Assembly (NCBI GenBank): GCA_965203355.1
Contig: OZ241889.1
Span: 352,001-416,000 of the forward strand
Length of the DNA: 64,000 bases
Direction: 5' to 3'
Source of the DNA: Candidatus Latescibacterota bacterium
Lineage (GTDB): Bacteria; Latescibacterota; UBA2968; UBA8231
The translations under genes and the position numbers were made by a program. Positions 18,989 through 28,432 of the stretch are shown in pieces (position 1 is the stretch's first letter; every line of letters starts with the position of its first letter). The notes below the pieces were generated by a model that worked only from the letters and a program-made list of their open reading frames with translations, had not been told where the DNA came from and searched no databases.

Positions 18989-19064
18989 ATCAGTCAACTC
19001 GGGTTTTGGAACTTAGAGTTGGCGGACAAGATCCATGATGATAGGATAGATTGGATCGTTGAAC

Positions 19065-19099
19065 GGGTCGCCGGGGCTCAGCCTGAGCCCCGGCGACCC
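19065..19099. terminator. Perfect 16-bp GC-rich hairpin (terminator or REP-like)
   Basis: gggtcgccggggctca-gcc-tgagccccggcgaccc downstream of fasciclin; no clear U-tract. Confidence 0.5.
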
Positions 19100-19276
19100 A
19101 ACGTATACCGAATCAATTCGGATTAAGCGTCCCTAAACCCCGTCCCTGTGTTAAAAAAACGTCTCTCGCCCTATGAAAAACGCTTCGTGCGAAGGCACTC
19201 GACGGCCCTTGATGCCATCGTTCTATTGTGTTAATGTAGTTCACCCCGACGATGGCGAAAATGAAAGGAAAAATAA

Positions 19277-22174
19277 ATGATATTATCTCGATTGTTTTTC
19301 GTCGCTTGCGTTTTTATGGCAAGCTCCACTTCGGCCTTTGCCCAACTCACCATTAAAGGCGAGGTTACGGACGAGCGAGGCGAGCCCCTGCCCAATGTCA
19401 CTATTATTGCCGCTGCCTACCCTCTTGGCACGATCACCGATGCCCAAGGCAAGTTCGCGCTCTTTCTGCCACAACCAGCAGCGGAAACCGAGATTGAAGC
19501 GTGGTTTGTTGGCTACAAAACCTCCAGACAAACCATTCGCCAAAACAGCGGCCTTGTGGAAGTTGCCTTTCAACTCAGCATAGATGCCCTGCAATTCGAT
19601 GAAATCGTCGTCACTGGGCTTTCCGCGGCAGCCAGCAAAAAACAGCTCGGCAATGCCATTTCCACCCTGACCGTTAGCCAACTGGAATCCACCGGTGCCA
19701 CATCTCTCGACAAAGCCTTGACCGGCAAGTTAGCCGGCGCACTCATTCAACAAAATTCGGGCAATCCAGCCGGCGGCGTAACCATCCGCTTGCGTGGAAC
19801 CAGCACCGTCTTGGGTAGTGCCGATCCGCTCTATGTGGTGGATGGCGTCATTGTGAACAACGATTCCCCCGAACTGATCCTCCTCGGCGGCGGGGCGCAA
19901 AACCGCCTCGTCGATCTCAATCCAAACGACATAGAACGCATTGAAATAGTAAAAGGTGCCGCGGCAGCCGCTCTGTACGGATCGCGTGCTAACAATGGTG
20001 TTGTGCAAATATTTACAAAGCGCGGCGTTTTGGGCAAGCCTCGCATCAACTACACCGGTCGTCTTTCAACTTCAACAGTACGCAAAACACTGCCGGTAAA
20101 CCGAGCAGAATTTGACAATGAAGGCAACAGGGTACAACGATTCGATCATCAGGATTTTATCTTTAGAAACGCCACGGGAGTGGAACACTATGCCTCGGTT
20201 TCTGGCGGATCTGAAGACACCCGTTATTTTGCTTCTGCATCCCATCTCGGCAATCAAGGCGTGGTCCAAAACACATTATTTCGCCGGAGCAGCATCCGAA
20301 CGCGCATTGACCAAGATTTGTCGCACTGGGCCACCTTATCTGTGGGTGGAAACTTCGCTTTCAGCAATAGCAACGACATCCCCAATGGTGGGCTAAATTC
20401 GAACTACGGCGCACTGACGGGTTTTATTTTCGGCCCCAACACCTACGATCCCACACCGGATCCCGAGACCGGTATTTATCCTAACGATGGCACGCTCGCC
20501 AATCCCCTAGAAGTCATTGATCGATACGATTTCACGCAGGAAGTCACGCGCTATATCGGCAGCGCAGCACTATACTTAAAGCCGCTAGCGGGATTGGGCA
20601 TCGACTATACGCTGGGTTTGGATACCTACGACCAAACGGCCATCGCATTTATCCCAATCGGCACGTCTGCGCCGGGTCTGGCAAATGGCCAGTCTCGAAA
20701 ATCCAAATTCGATTTCTTGCAACTCAACAACGACATCAATCTCAGTTACGAGCAGCACCTGCGCCCCGAGGTGCAATCGACCACGCGGATCGGCGGAACC
20801 GTGCAATACGAAAGAGGAGCAAGATTCGGTGCAGAAGGCAAAAACCTGAGTCCCGCCTCCCAAATCATCCAGAGCGGTTCGACCGTTAGTGCAAGCGAGT
20901 GGAGAAGCAAAAAGGCCATTTATGGCGCATTCGTCCAGCAGACTTTTGGCATCGCCGATCGCCTTTTTGTCACAGGAGCTATCCGCACGGACGCCTCTTC
21001 GGTATACGACGAAAACAACCGCTGGCAAACCTATCCCAAAGCGAGCGCATCCTATCTCATTTCAGATGAGGGTTTCTGGCAAGACAGCGCACTCAAAAAT
21101 ACGTTTCCAGACTTCAAATTGCGAGCTTCCGTAGGCACTTCGGGCGGTCAAACGGCGATTGGTCCCTATACTCGCCTGACCAATTACAACGTATCCTCGT
21201 ATGATGGTAACGCCGGTCTGGTGCCCAGCACACAACTTGGTGGGACGGTCAAGCCCGAAAGACAGCGGGAAATTGAAATAGGAAGCGATTTTAGTCTCTT
21301 GTCCAATCGCTTGGGCGTAGAGCTGACCTACTACGATCAACACGTTCGAGACTTGTTGCTCTTCCGCTCGTTGTCCCCCTCTACAGGTTATTCGGGAGCC
21401 TTGCAAAATGTCGGCACCTTGGACAATGTCGGATGGGAGCTTCTCGTGCGTGCGGTGCCGCTTGCACGCCCCACCCTCCGCTGGGAATCAACCTTCACCT
21501 ATTCGACCAACAAAAACGAAGTCAATGGCATTGAGGACGATCGATTGCCCATCTCGAATTCGTTTGGCCAAGTCTTTGCCATCAACGGCGAGCCACTCGG
21601 GGTTTTCTACAGCACGGCTTTTGCACGCGATACCCAAGGCAATATAGCACTCGATGAAAACGATCTCCCCATTCAGGCGGCTGAGCGCAAAATCATTGGG
21701 GATCCCAACCCGGACTTTACCGCTTCGTGGATCAATCAAATCGACTTGGGGAAAAACTGGTCGTTTCGCATGCAAGCGGATGCGGTCATCGGCGGCGATG
21801 TATTTAATTTTACCAGACGCTTGGCCGCCTTGCCCGCGTTTGGCGTTTTAACGGATTACGAACGCGAATTAGAAGGCGAACTCCCCGCTGGCTATAATGC
21901 GAAAGTCTTCCGAATTTTTGAACACTGGATCGAGGATGGATCCTTTGTAAAATTGCGTGAACTGTCCGCATCATATCGCTGGCAACCCCACTTTTTGGGA
22001 GAGAGTAGCATTCAACTGAGCCTGATTGGCCGCAACTTGTTTTCCCTAGACGATTACAGCGGTTACGACCCGGAGATCAACATCGGCGGGCAGCGCACCG
22101 TAGTGCGCGGATTTGATTTTGTAGAAGTGCCTATCCCGCGCAGCATTGCATTTCAGATAAACTTGAACTACTAA
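19277..22174 (+). CDS. susC: SusC/RagA family TonB-linked outer membrane protein
   Basis: EIVVTG, DPLYVVDGV, DLNPNDIERIEIVKGAAAAALYGSRANNGVVQIFTKRG, IEDGSFVKLRE, YSGYDPE. Confidence 0.93.
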   Translation: MILSRLFFVACVFMASSTSAFAQLTIKGEVTDERGEPLPNVTIIAAAYPLGTITDAQGKFALFLPQPAAETEIEAWFVGYKTSRQTIRQNSGLVEVAFQLSIDALQFDEIVVTGLSAAASKKQLGNAISTLTVSQLESTGATSLDKALTGKLAGALIQQNSGNPAGGVTIRLRGTSTVLGSADPLYVVDGVIVNNDSPELILLGGGAQNRLVDLNPNDIERIEIVKGAAAAALYGSRANNGVVQIFTKRGVLGKPRINYTGRLSTSTVRKTLPVNRAEFDNEGNRVQRFDHQDFIFRNATGVEHYASVSGGSEDTRYFASASHLGNQGVVQNTLFRRSSIRTRIDQDLSHWATLSVGGNFAFSNSNDIPNGGLNSNYGALTGFIFGPNTYDPTPDPETGIYPNDGTLANPLEVIDRYDFTQEVTRYIGSAALYLKPLAGLGIDYTLGLDTYDQTAIAFIPIGTSAPGLANGQSRKSKFDFLQLNNDINLSYEQHLRPEVQSTTRIGGTVQYERGARFGAEGKNLSPASQIIQSGSTVSASEWRSKKAIYGAFVQQTFGIADRLFVTGAIRTDASSVYDENNRWQTYPKASASYLISDEGFWQDSALKNTFPDFKLRASVGTSGGQTAIGPYTRLTNYNVSSYDGNAGLVPSTQLGGTVKPERQREIEIGSDFSLLSNRLGVELTYYDQHVRDLLLFRSLSPSTGYSGALQNVGTLDNVGWELLVRAVPLARPTLRWESTFTYSTNKNEVNGIEDDRLPISNSFGQVFAINGEPLGVFYSTAFARDTQGNIALDENDLPIQAAERKIIGDPNPDFTASWINQIDLGKNWSFRMQADAVIGGDVFNFTRRLAALPAFGVLTDYERELEGELPAGYNAKVFRIFEHWIEDGSFVKLRELSASYRWQPHFLGESSIQLSLIGRNLFSLDDYSGYDPEINIGGQRTVVRGFDFVEVPIPRSIAFQINLNY

Positions 22175-22187
22175 GCGGAGAAATAAC

Positions 22188-23486
22188 ATGAAATCGAATC
22201 GCCTGTACACAATCTCGGCATGTCTGCTCTTTTTGGCCCAAGGTTGCGATTTGAACATATCAAATCCAAACCAAGCGTCGGAAGATCGCGTCTTGAGCAC
22301 TAGCGATGGCATCATCGCCCTCGCCATTGGTATGCAACGAGATTACGCGAGTCAAAATGTCGATGCCTATCTGCGCCATACCGCCATTACAAGCCGCGAA
22401 CTTGCCGCAAACACGACATTTGCCAATCTCCTCGAATTAGAGGATGGCAGCACTGTGTCTGGCGCGAATGGCGCTGTCGGCGCGATCTGGTCCCGTTCCT
22501 ATCGCATCATCGGCATCGCCAACAACTTGATCGAAAACGCGGCCAATGTACCACTTGCTGAAGGTACGCGCAGCGGCCTTATTGCACTGGCACACCTTTA
22601 CAAAGCGATGTGTTTGGGATTTATCGCGCAGGCTTTTGAAAGTGCCCCCATAGATGTACAGGTCGATGGGCAAGCCCCTTTTGTATCGCGCCAAGAGCTT
22701 TTTGCCGCCGCGATCGAGTTGTTGGACGACGCACGCCAAACCATCGACACCACGCCGCCCTCCGCTCAGTTCAACTCAGATATTTTGGGCAGCGGATTCG
22801 ATCTCTCAAATACGATTCACGCTTATCGGGCGCGCTATAACCTGTTCGCGGGCAATTATCAAGCGGCAATTGAAGCGGCCAATGCCGTTGATCCCTTGGC
22901 AACTTCAGTCTATATGTACGACGCCAGAAGCCAAAATCCCATTTACGCCCAAGTTTTTGTTGAAGATGATTACGCCCCGAGAGACCTTTTCGGCACCCAA
23001 CTCACAGACAGCGACGATGGGCGACTTGCATTTTATCTCGTACCAGATGAAAGCACTAGCACCAATGGCTTTCCTATTGAAATGTTGGCCGGCTTTTGGA
23101 ACGAAGCTACATCGTCCATACCAGCCTATTTGCCCAGCGAAATGGTCTTGACGCGAGCAGAAGCCAATGCAATGCTGGGCGATATCGAAAATGCAATCGC
23201 AGAAATAGACGCTATTCGCACAAAAACACCCGAGCAAGATCCCTATGGCATTGGAGCATCGCTACCGCCCTATAACGGCCCACAAACCCTTGAGGACGTT
23301 CTAGAAGAAATCTTTCGGCAACGCCGAGCGGAATTGTTCCTCAATGGCACGGGATGGGAGGACAGCCGCCGCCTCGGGCAACCCGGCCCTTCATCCGACT
23401 CCTTTGAGCGAAATCGCAACTTTTATCCATACCCGGATCAAGAGATCCTAAACAACCCCAACATACCGCTCGATCCGACAAATTAG
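22188..23486 (+). CDS. susD: SusD/RagB family lipoprotein
   Basis: Lipobox LAQGC, EMVLTRAEA, EIFRQRRAELFLNG..W.D.RR; 13 nt downstream of susC. Confidence 0.9.
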   Translation: MKSNRLYTISACLLFLAQGCDLNISNPNQASEDRVLSTSDGIIALAIGMQRDYASQNVDAYLRHTAITSRELAANTTFANLLELEDGSTVSGANGAVGAIWSRSYRIIGIANNLIENAANVPLAEGTRSGLIALAHLYKAMCLGFIAQAFESAPIDVQVDGQAPFVSRQELFAAAIELLDDARQTIDTTPPSAQFNSDILGSGFDLSNTIHAYRARYNLFAGNYQAAIEAANAVDPLATSVYMYDARSQNPIYAQVFVEDDYAPRDLFGTQLTDSDDGRLAFYLVPDESTSTNGFPIEMLAGFWNEATSSIPAYLPSEMVLTRAEANAMLGDIENAIAEIDAIRTKTPEQDPYGIGASLPPYNGPQTLEDVLEEIFRQRRAELFLNGTGWEDSRRLGQPGPSSDSFERNRNFYPYPDQEILNNPNIPLDPTN

Positions 23487-23507
23487 GATCAGCAGAAAGG
23501 ATTTATC

Positions 23508-25895
23508 ATGCGTAGTCTATTCGTCTTAATCGGAGCCTCGTTGCTTTTTGCTTGTGGGGATCGCCAGCCGGAAGCACCGCTGGCACCGGCCGGTAAAGTT
23601 ACCGACAAATCCCTCGCCTCTGAGCGGGAAGTGTTGATCGACTTCTACAAAGCTACGGGCGGCGACAACTGGAAGAATCGCGCCGGCTGGCTCAGCGACG
23701 ATGAGCTAAAATACTGGCATGGCGTGATCACCGATGCCCAAGGCCGCGTCATTTGGTTACGCCTCAGCTCCAACGGGTTGACCGGGGAGATCGGGGAGAT
23801 CCCAAAAGTATTAGTCAAACTCAAAGAACTGAGAGAGCTATACCTCGTCGGCAACGAGTTGACCGGGGAGATTCCAAAAGAATTAGCCCAACTCGAAAAC
23901 CTGCAACTTCTAGGCCTCGGCGACGGGTTGACGGGGGAGATTCCAAAAGAATTAGCCCAACTCAAAAAACTGAGAGAGCTATACCTCGGCGGCAACAGGT
24001 TGACCGGGGAGATTCCAAAAGAATTAGCCCAACTCGACAGCCTGAGACAGCTAGACCTCAGGGGCAACGAGTTGACGGGAGAGATTCCAAAAGAATTAAC
24101 CCAACTCAAATACCTGAGATCACTAAATCTCGGCGGCAACGGGTTGACCGGGGAGATCCCAAAAGAATTAGGCCAACTCGACAGCCTGGAAAGCCTATGG
24201 CTCTACAGCAACTGGTTGACGGGAGAAATTCCAAAAGAATTAACCCAACTCAAAAAACTGACAAGCCTATACCTCAGAGTCAACCCGTTGACGGGGTGTA
24301 TCCCGGATGCTTTGCGAGAGGTAAAGTTCAATGATTTAGACATACTCAAGCTGGCCTACTGTTCGGCTGCTACCGATACCGATGAGCCTGATACCAATAC
24401 CTCGGATCGGGACGCGCTGATCGCGTTCTATAACGCTACGGGCGGCGACAACTGGAAGAAGCGCACCGGCTGGCTCAGCGACGCTCCGCTGGACCAATGG
24501 TATGGCGTATACACCGAAAACCGAAGTGACCGCGTCATTTTCTTAGCCTTCGGCGACAACGGGTTGACCGGGTCGAGACCCGAAGCATTCGCCGCATTAG
24601 CCCAACTCGAAAACCTGCAAACTCTAAGACTCGTCGCCAACAACGGGTTGACCGGGGCGATCCCAGAAGCATTCGGACAACTCGACAGCCTGAAAGAACT
24701 AACCCTCATCGCCAACGGGTTGACCGGGGAGATACCCGAAGTATTAGCACAACTCGAAAACCTCGAACAACTATCCCTCTTCGCCAACGGGTTGACCGGG
24801 GAGATACCCGAAGCGTTAGCACAACTCGAAAACCTGCAATATCTATCCCTCATGGGCAACGGGTTGACCGGGGAGATACCTGAAGCATTAGCCCAACTCG
24901 AAAACCTGAGATTCCTATACCTCGCCAGCAACCAGTTGACCGGGGAGATACCTGAAGCATTAGCCCAACTCGAAAACCTCGAACAACTATGGCTCTTTGA
25001 CAACGAGTTGACCGGGGAGATCCCCGAAGCATTAGCCCAACTCGAAAACCTGAGAAACCTAAGCCTCGGCGGCAACGAGTTGACCGGGGAGATACCTGAA
25101 GCATTAGCCCAACTCGACAGCCTGAGAGAGCTAAGCCTCGGCGACAACGAGTTGACCGGGGCGATCCCAAAAGAATTAGCCCAACTCGAAAACCTCGAAC
25201 AACTATCCCTCTCCCGCAACCAGTTGACCGGGGCGATTCCAAAAGAATTAGCCCAACTCGAAAACCTCGAACAACTATACCTCATCGACAATGAGTTGAC
25301 GGGGTGTATCCCGGTTGCTTTGCAAGCGGTACAATACAGTGATTTAGACAGACTCGGGTTGGACTACTGTTCGGCTGATACCGATACCGATGAACCTGTT
25401 ACCACCCAGCCTGAGCCTGTTACCACCGAGCCGGTTACCACCGATCCTGTTACCGATGAGCCGGTTGTCGATGAGCCTGTTACCACCGACCCTGTTGTCG
25501 ATGACTCGGATCGGGACGCGCTGATCGCGTTCTATAAAGCTACGGGCGGCGATGGCTGGAAGAAGCGCGGCGGCTGGAACAGCGACGCTCCGCTGAACCA
25601 ATGGCATGGCGTAACCACCGACGACCAAGGCCGCGTCACGGGCTTAAACCTCGTCAAAAACAGGTTGACGGGAGAAATTCCCGAAGCCCTGGGAGAACTG
25701 GCAAACTTGCAAATCCTAAAACTGACCGCCAACCAGTTGACCGGCAAGATTCCCGAAGCCCTGGGGAAACTCGAGAAACTGCAAATCCTAAAACTCAGAA
25801 AAAATCAGTTGACCGGGTGTATCCCGGCTGTTTTGCAAGCGCAAGCGATACCGAACCATGATTTAGACAGACTCGGGCTGGCCTTCTGCGAGTAA
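23508..25895 (+). CDS. Leucine-rich repeat lipoprotein 1 (plant-type 24-aa LRR, three capped modules)
   Basis: Lipobox LFAC; repeats LxxLxLxxNxLTGEIPxxLAQL; about 8+11+3 repeats; N-cap ALIAFYxATGGDNW and Cys C-cap. Confidence 0.93.
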   Translation: MRSLFVLIGASLLFACGDRQPEAPLAPAGKVTDKSLASEREVLIDFYKATGGDNWKNRAGWLSDDELKYWHGVITDAQGRVIWLRLSSNGLTGEIGEIPKVLVKLKELRELYLVGNELTGEIPKELAQLENLQLLGLGDGLTGEIPKELAQLKKLRELYLGGNRLTGEIPKELAQLDSLRQLDLRGNELTGEIPKELTQLKYLRSLNLGGNGLTGEIPKELGQLDSLESLWLYSNWLTGEIPKELTQLKKLTSLYLRVNPLTGCIPDALREVKFNDLDILKLAYCSAATDTDEPDTNTSDRDALIAFYNATGGDNWKKRTGWLSDAPLDQWYGVYTENRSDRVIFLAFGDNGLTGSRPEAFAALAQLENLQTLRLVANNGLTGAIPEAFGQLDSLKELTLIANGLTGEIPEVLAQLENLEQLSLFANGLTGEIPEALAQLENLQYLSLMGNGLTGEIPEALAQLENLRFLYLASNQLTGEIPEALAQLENLEQLWLFDNELTGEIPEALAQLENLRNLSLGGNELTGEIPEALAQLDSLRELSLGDNELTGAIPKELAQLENLEQLSLSRNQLTGAIPKELAQLENLEQLYLIDNELTGCIPVALQAVQYSDLDRLGLDYCSADTDTDEPVTTQPEPVTTEPVTTDPVTDEPVVDEPVTTDPVVDDSDRDALIAFYKATGGDGWKKRGGWNSDAPLNQWHGVTTDDQGRVTGLNLVKNRLTGEIPEALGELANLQILKLTANQLTGKIPEALGKLEKLQILKLRKNQLTGCIPAVLQAQAIPNHDLDRLGLAFCE
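25385..25505 (+). repeat. Degenerate ~15-nt tandem repeat encoding a (D/E)PVTT/DEPVV linker
   Basis: gagcctgttaccacc-type units; protein DEPVTTQPEPVTTEPVTTDPVTDEPVVDEPVTTDPVVDD. Confidence 0.8.
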
Positions 25896-26046
25896 TCGCC
25901 CCGCACGTCGGTAGTGGTGCGTTTTGCAGTCTCAAAAGGGAATAAGGTCCTTGGATAAGCCCATGTTCAACGCACTCGTCTTACATACGCGGTGGCCGTC
26001 GCAAACCTCGACGAAAGCCGCCATACAACCTCGGAAAGGATTTGCC

Positions 26047-28287
26047 ATGCGTAGTCTATTCGTCCTGCTCGGAGCCTCGTTGCTTTTTGCTTGTGGCGAT
26101 CGTCAGCCGGAAAGCCCCGCTTCGTCCCCGCTGGCTCCGTTGGCACCGGCCGGTAAAGTTACCGACAATTCCTCTGAGCGGGAAGTGTTGATCGCGTTCT
26201 ACAAAGCTACGGGCGGCGACAACTGGAAGAATCGCACCGGCTGGCTCAGTGACGCCCCGCTGAACCAATGGGATGGCGTGACCACCGACGCCCGAGGCCG
26301 CGTCATTACCTTACGCCTCTACGACAACGGGTTGACCGGAGAGATACCCGAAGCATTAGCCCAACTCGAAAACCTGAGAAGCCTATACCTCAATAACAAC
26401 GGGTTGACCGGGAAGATACCCGAAACATTAGCCCAACTCAAAAACCTGAGAAACCTATGGCTCTTTGACAACGGGTTGACCGGGAAGATACCCGAAGCAT
26501 TAGCCCAACTCGAAAACCTGAGAAGCCTATACCTCAATAACAACGGGTTGACCGGGAAGATACCCGAAACATTAGCCCAACTCGAAAACCTGGAACAGCT
26601 AGACCTCGGCAACAACGAGTTGACCGGGGCGATACCCGAAACATTAGCCCAACTCGAAAACCTGAAAATCCTAACCCTCTCCCGCAACGGGTTGACCGGG
26701 GCGATCCCCGAAACATTAGCCCAACTCAAAAACCTGAGATGGCTACACCTCGTCGGCAACGGGTTGACCGGGAAGATCCCCGAAGCCTTGGGAAAACTCG
26801 AAAACCTGGAACAGCTAGACCTCAGATTCAACGGGTTGACCGGGAAGATCCCCGAAGCCTTGGGAAAACTCGAAAACCTGGAACACCTACTTCTCCGCGA
26901 CAACCAGTTGACCGGGGAAATTCCCAAAGCATTAGGAAAACTTGAAAACCTGAGAGCTCTAGCACTCTCCGACAACCAGTTGACGGGGTGCATCCCGGCC
27001 GCTTTGCGAGCGATAGAGATGTTCTGGGATGATTTGGACCGACTAGGGCTAGACGACTGTGTGGCTGATACCGATGAGCCTGTTACCGATACCTCGGATC
27101 GGGACGCGCTGATCGCGTTCTATGAAGCTACGGGCGGCGACAACTGGAAGAATCGCACCGGCTGGAATAGCGATGCTCCGCTGAATCAATGGCATGGCGT
27201 GACCACCGACGACCAAGGCCGCGTCACGGGCTTGAACCTCGGCAACAACGGGTTGACGGGAGAGATACCCGAAGCATTAGCCCAACTCGAAAACCTGAGC
27301 GCTCTATCCCTCTTCGACAACAGGTTGACCGGGGCAATTCCCGAAGCATTAGCCCAACTCGAAAATCTGACAGAGCTATACCTCTTCGGCAACGAGTTGA
27401 CCGGGGCGATTCCCAGAGAATTAGCCCAACTCGAAAACCTGAGATGGCTATACATCGGCAGAAACGGGTTGACGGGAGAAATTCCCAAAGAATTAGCCCA
27501 ACTCAAAAACTTGGAACTCCTAGACCTCAACCACAGCGGGTTGACGGGGAACATTCCCAAAGAATTAGCCCAACTCGAAAACCTGAGAGATCTAGACCTC
27601 AACCACAACGGGTTGACGGGGAACATTCCCGCCGCATTAGCCCAACTCGAAAACCTGACATACCTAAACCTCTCCAACAACGGGTTGACGGGAGAGATAC
27701 CCGAAGCATTAGCCCAACTCGAAAACCTGACAGAGCTATACCTCAGAGACAACCCGTTGACGGGGTGTATCCCGGCTTCTTTGCAAGCGATACGGCACCA
27801 TGATTTAGGCAGACTCGGGCTGGACGACTGTTCGGCTGGTACCGATGATTCTGACACCGATGACTCTGATATCACCGATGAGCCGGTTATCGATACCTCG
27901 GATAGGGACGCGCTGATCGCGTTCTATCAGGCTACGGGCGGCGATGGCTGGAAGAAGCGCGGCGGCTGGAACAGCGACGCTCCGCTGAACCAATGGCATG
28001 GCGTAACCACCGACGACCAAGGCCGCGTCACGGGCTTAAACCTCGTCAAAAACAGGTTGACGGGAGAAATTCCCGAAGCCCTGGGAGAACTGGCAAACTT
28101 GCAAATCCTAAAACTGACCGCCAACCAGTTGACCGGCAAGATTCCCGAAGCCCTGGGGAAACTCGAGAAACTGCAAATCCTAAAACTCAGAAAAAATCAG
28201 TTGACCGGGTGCATCCCGGCTGTTTTGCAAGCGCAAGCGATACCGAACCATGATTTAGACAGACTCGGGCTGGCCTTCTGCGAGTAA
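26047..28287 (+). CDS. Leucine-rich repeat lipoprotein 2 (paralog)
   Basis: ATG at 26047 after GAAAGGA; signal peptide nearly identical to LRR1; about 10+8+3 repeats. Confidence 0.93.
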   Translation: MRSLFVLLGASLLFACGDRQPESPASSPLAPLAPAGKVTDNSSEREVLIAFYKATGGDNWKNRTGWLSDAPLNQWDGVTTDARGRVITLRLYDNGLTGEIPEALAQLENLRSLYLNNNGLTGKIPETLAQLKNLRNLWLFDNGLTGKIPEALAQLENLRSLYLNNNGLTGKIPETLAQLENLEQLDLGNNELTGAIPETLAQLENLKILTLSRNGLTGAIPETLAQLKNLRWLHLVGNGLTGKIPEALGKLENLEQLDLRFNGLTGKIPEALGKLENLEHLLLRDNQLTGEIPKALGKLENLRALALSDNQLTGCIPAALRAIEMFWDDLDRLGLDDCVADTDEPVTDTSDRDALIAFYEATGGDNWKNRTGWNSDAPLNQWHGVTTDDQGRVTGLNLGNNGLTGEIPEALAQLENLSALSLFDNRLTGAIPEALAQLENLTELYLFGNELTGAIPRELAQLENLRWLYIGRNGLTGEIPKELAQLKNLELLDLNHSGLTGNIPKELAQLENLRDLDLNHNGLTGNIPAALAQLENLTYLNLSNNGLTGEIPEALAQLENLTELYLRDNPLTGCIPASLQAIRHHDLGRLGLDDCSAGTDDSDTDDSDITDEPVIDTSDRDALIAFYQATGGDGWKKRGGWNSDAPLNQWHGVTTDDQGRVTGLNLVKNRLTGEIPEALGELANLQILKLTANQLTGKIPEALGKLEKLQILKLRKNQLTGCIPAVLQAQAIPNHDLDRLGLAFCE

Positions 28288-28301
28288 TCGCCCTGTGCGG
28301 C

Positions 28302-28391
28302 GGTAGTGGTGCGTTTTGAAATCTCCAATTGTCGCGGTGCGTTTTCGGTGCCGGGGCGCCCCTTTCAACCGGATCAAAACGCACCACTACC
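28302..28391. repeat. GTAG-type REP/REPIN-like inverted repeat
   Basis: ggtagtggtgcgttttga (28302-28319) and tcaaaacgcaccactacc (28374-28391), perfect 18 bp; lone left arm at 25910-25926. Confidence 0.75.
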
Positions 28392-28432
28392 TAGCTTTTG
28401 GGAGGGAACAACGGGACTTACATTAAACATGT

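Noticed and set aside
25924-26046. ORF-track N-terminal extensions (also at 9256, 35252, 48564, 51772 and 55117)
   Set aside because: Downstream starts with an RBS, signal peptide or paralog agreement fit better; coordinates were adjusted.
23760-27770. LRR array read as a CRISPR-like repeat-spacer array
   Set aside because: Constant and variable parts are in-frame codons of a lipoprotein ORF, the variable parts are short and interleaved with fixed Leu codons, and no cas genes are present.
23645-28139. Long antisense and alternate-frame ORFs with repeated SSWANASGISPVN or RVDRGDSKRISPT motifs
   Set aside because: Shadows of the 72-nt LRR repeats; no independent RBS or family motifs.
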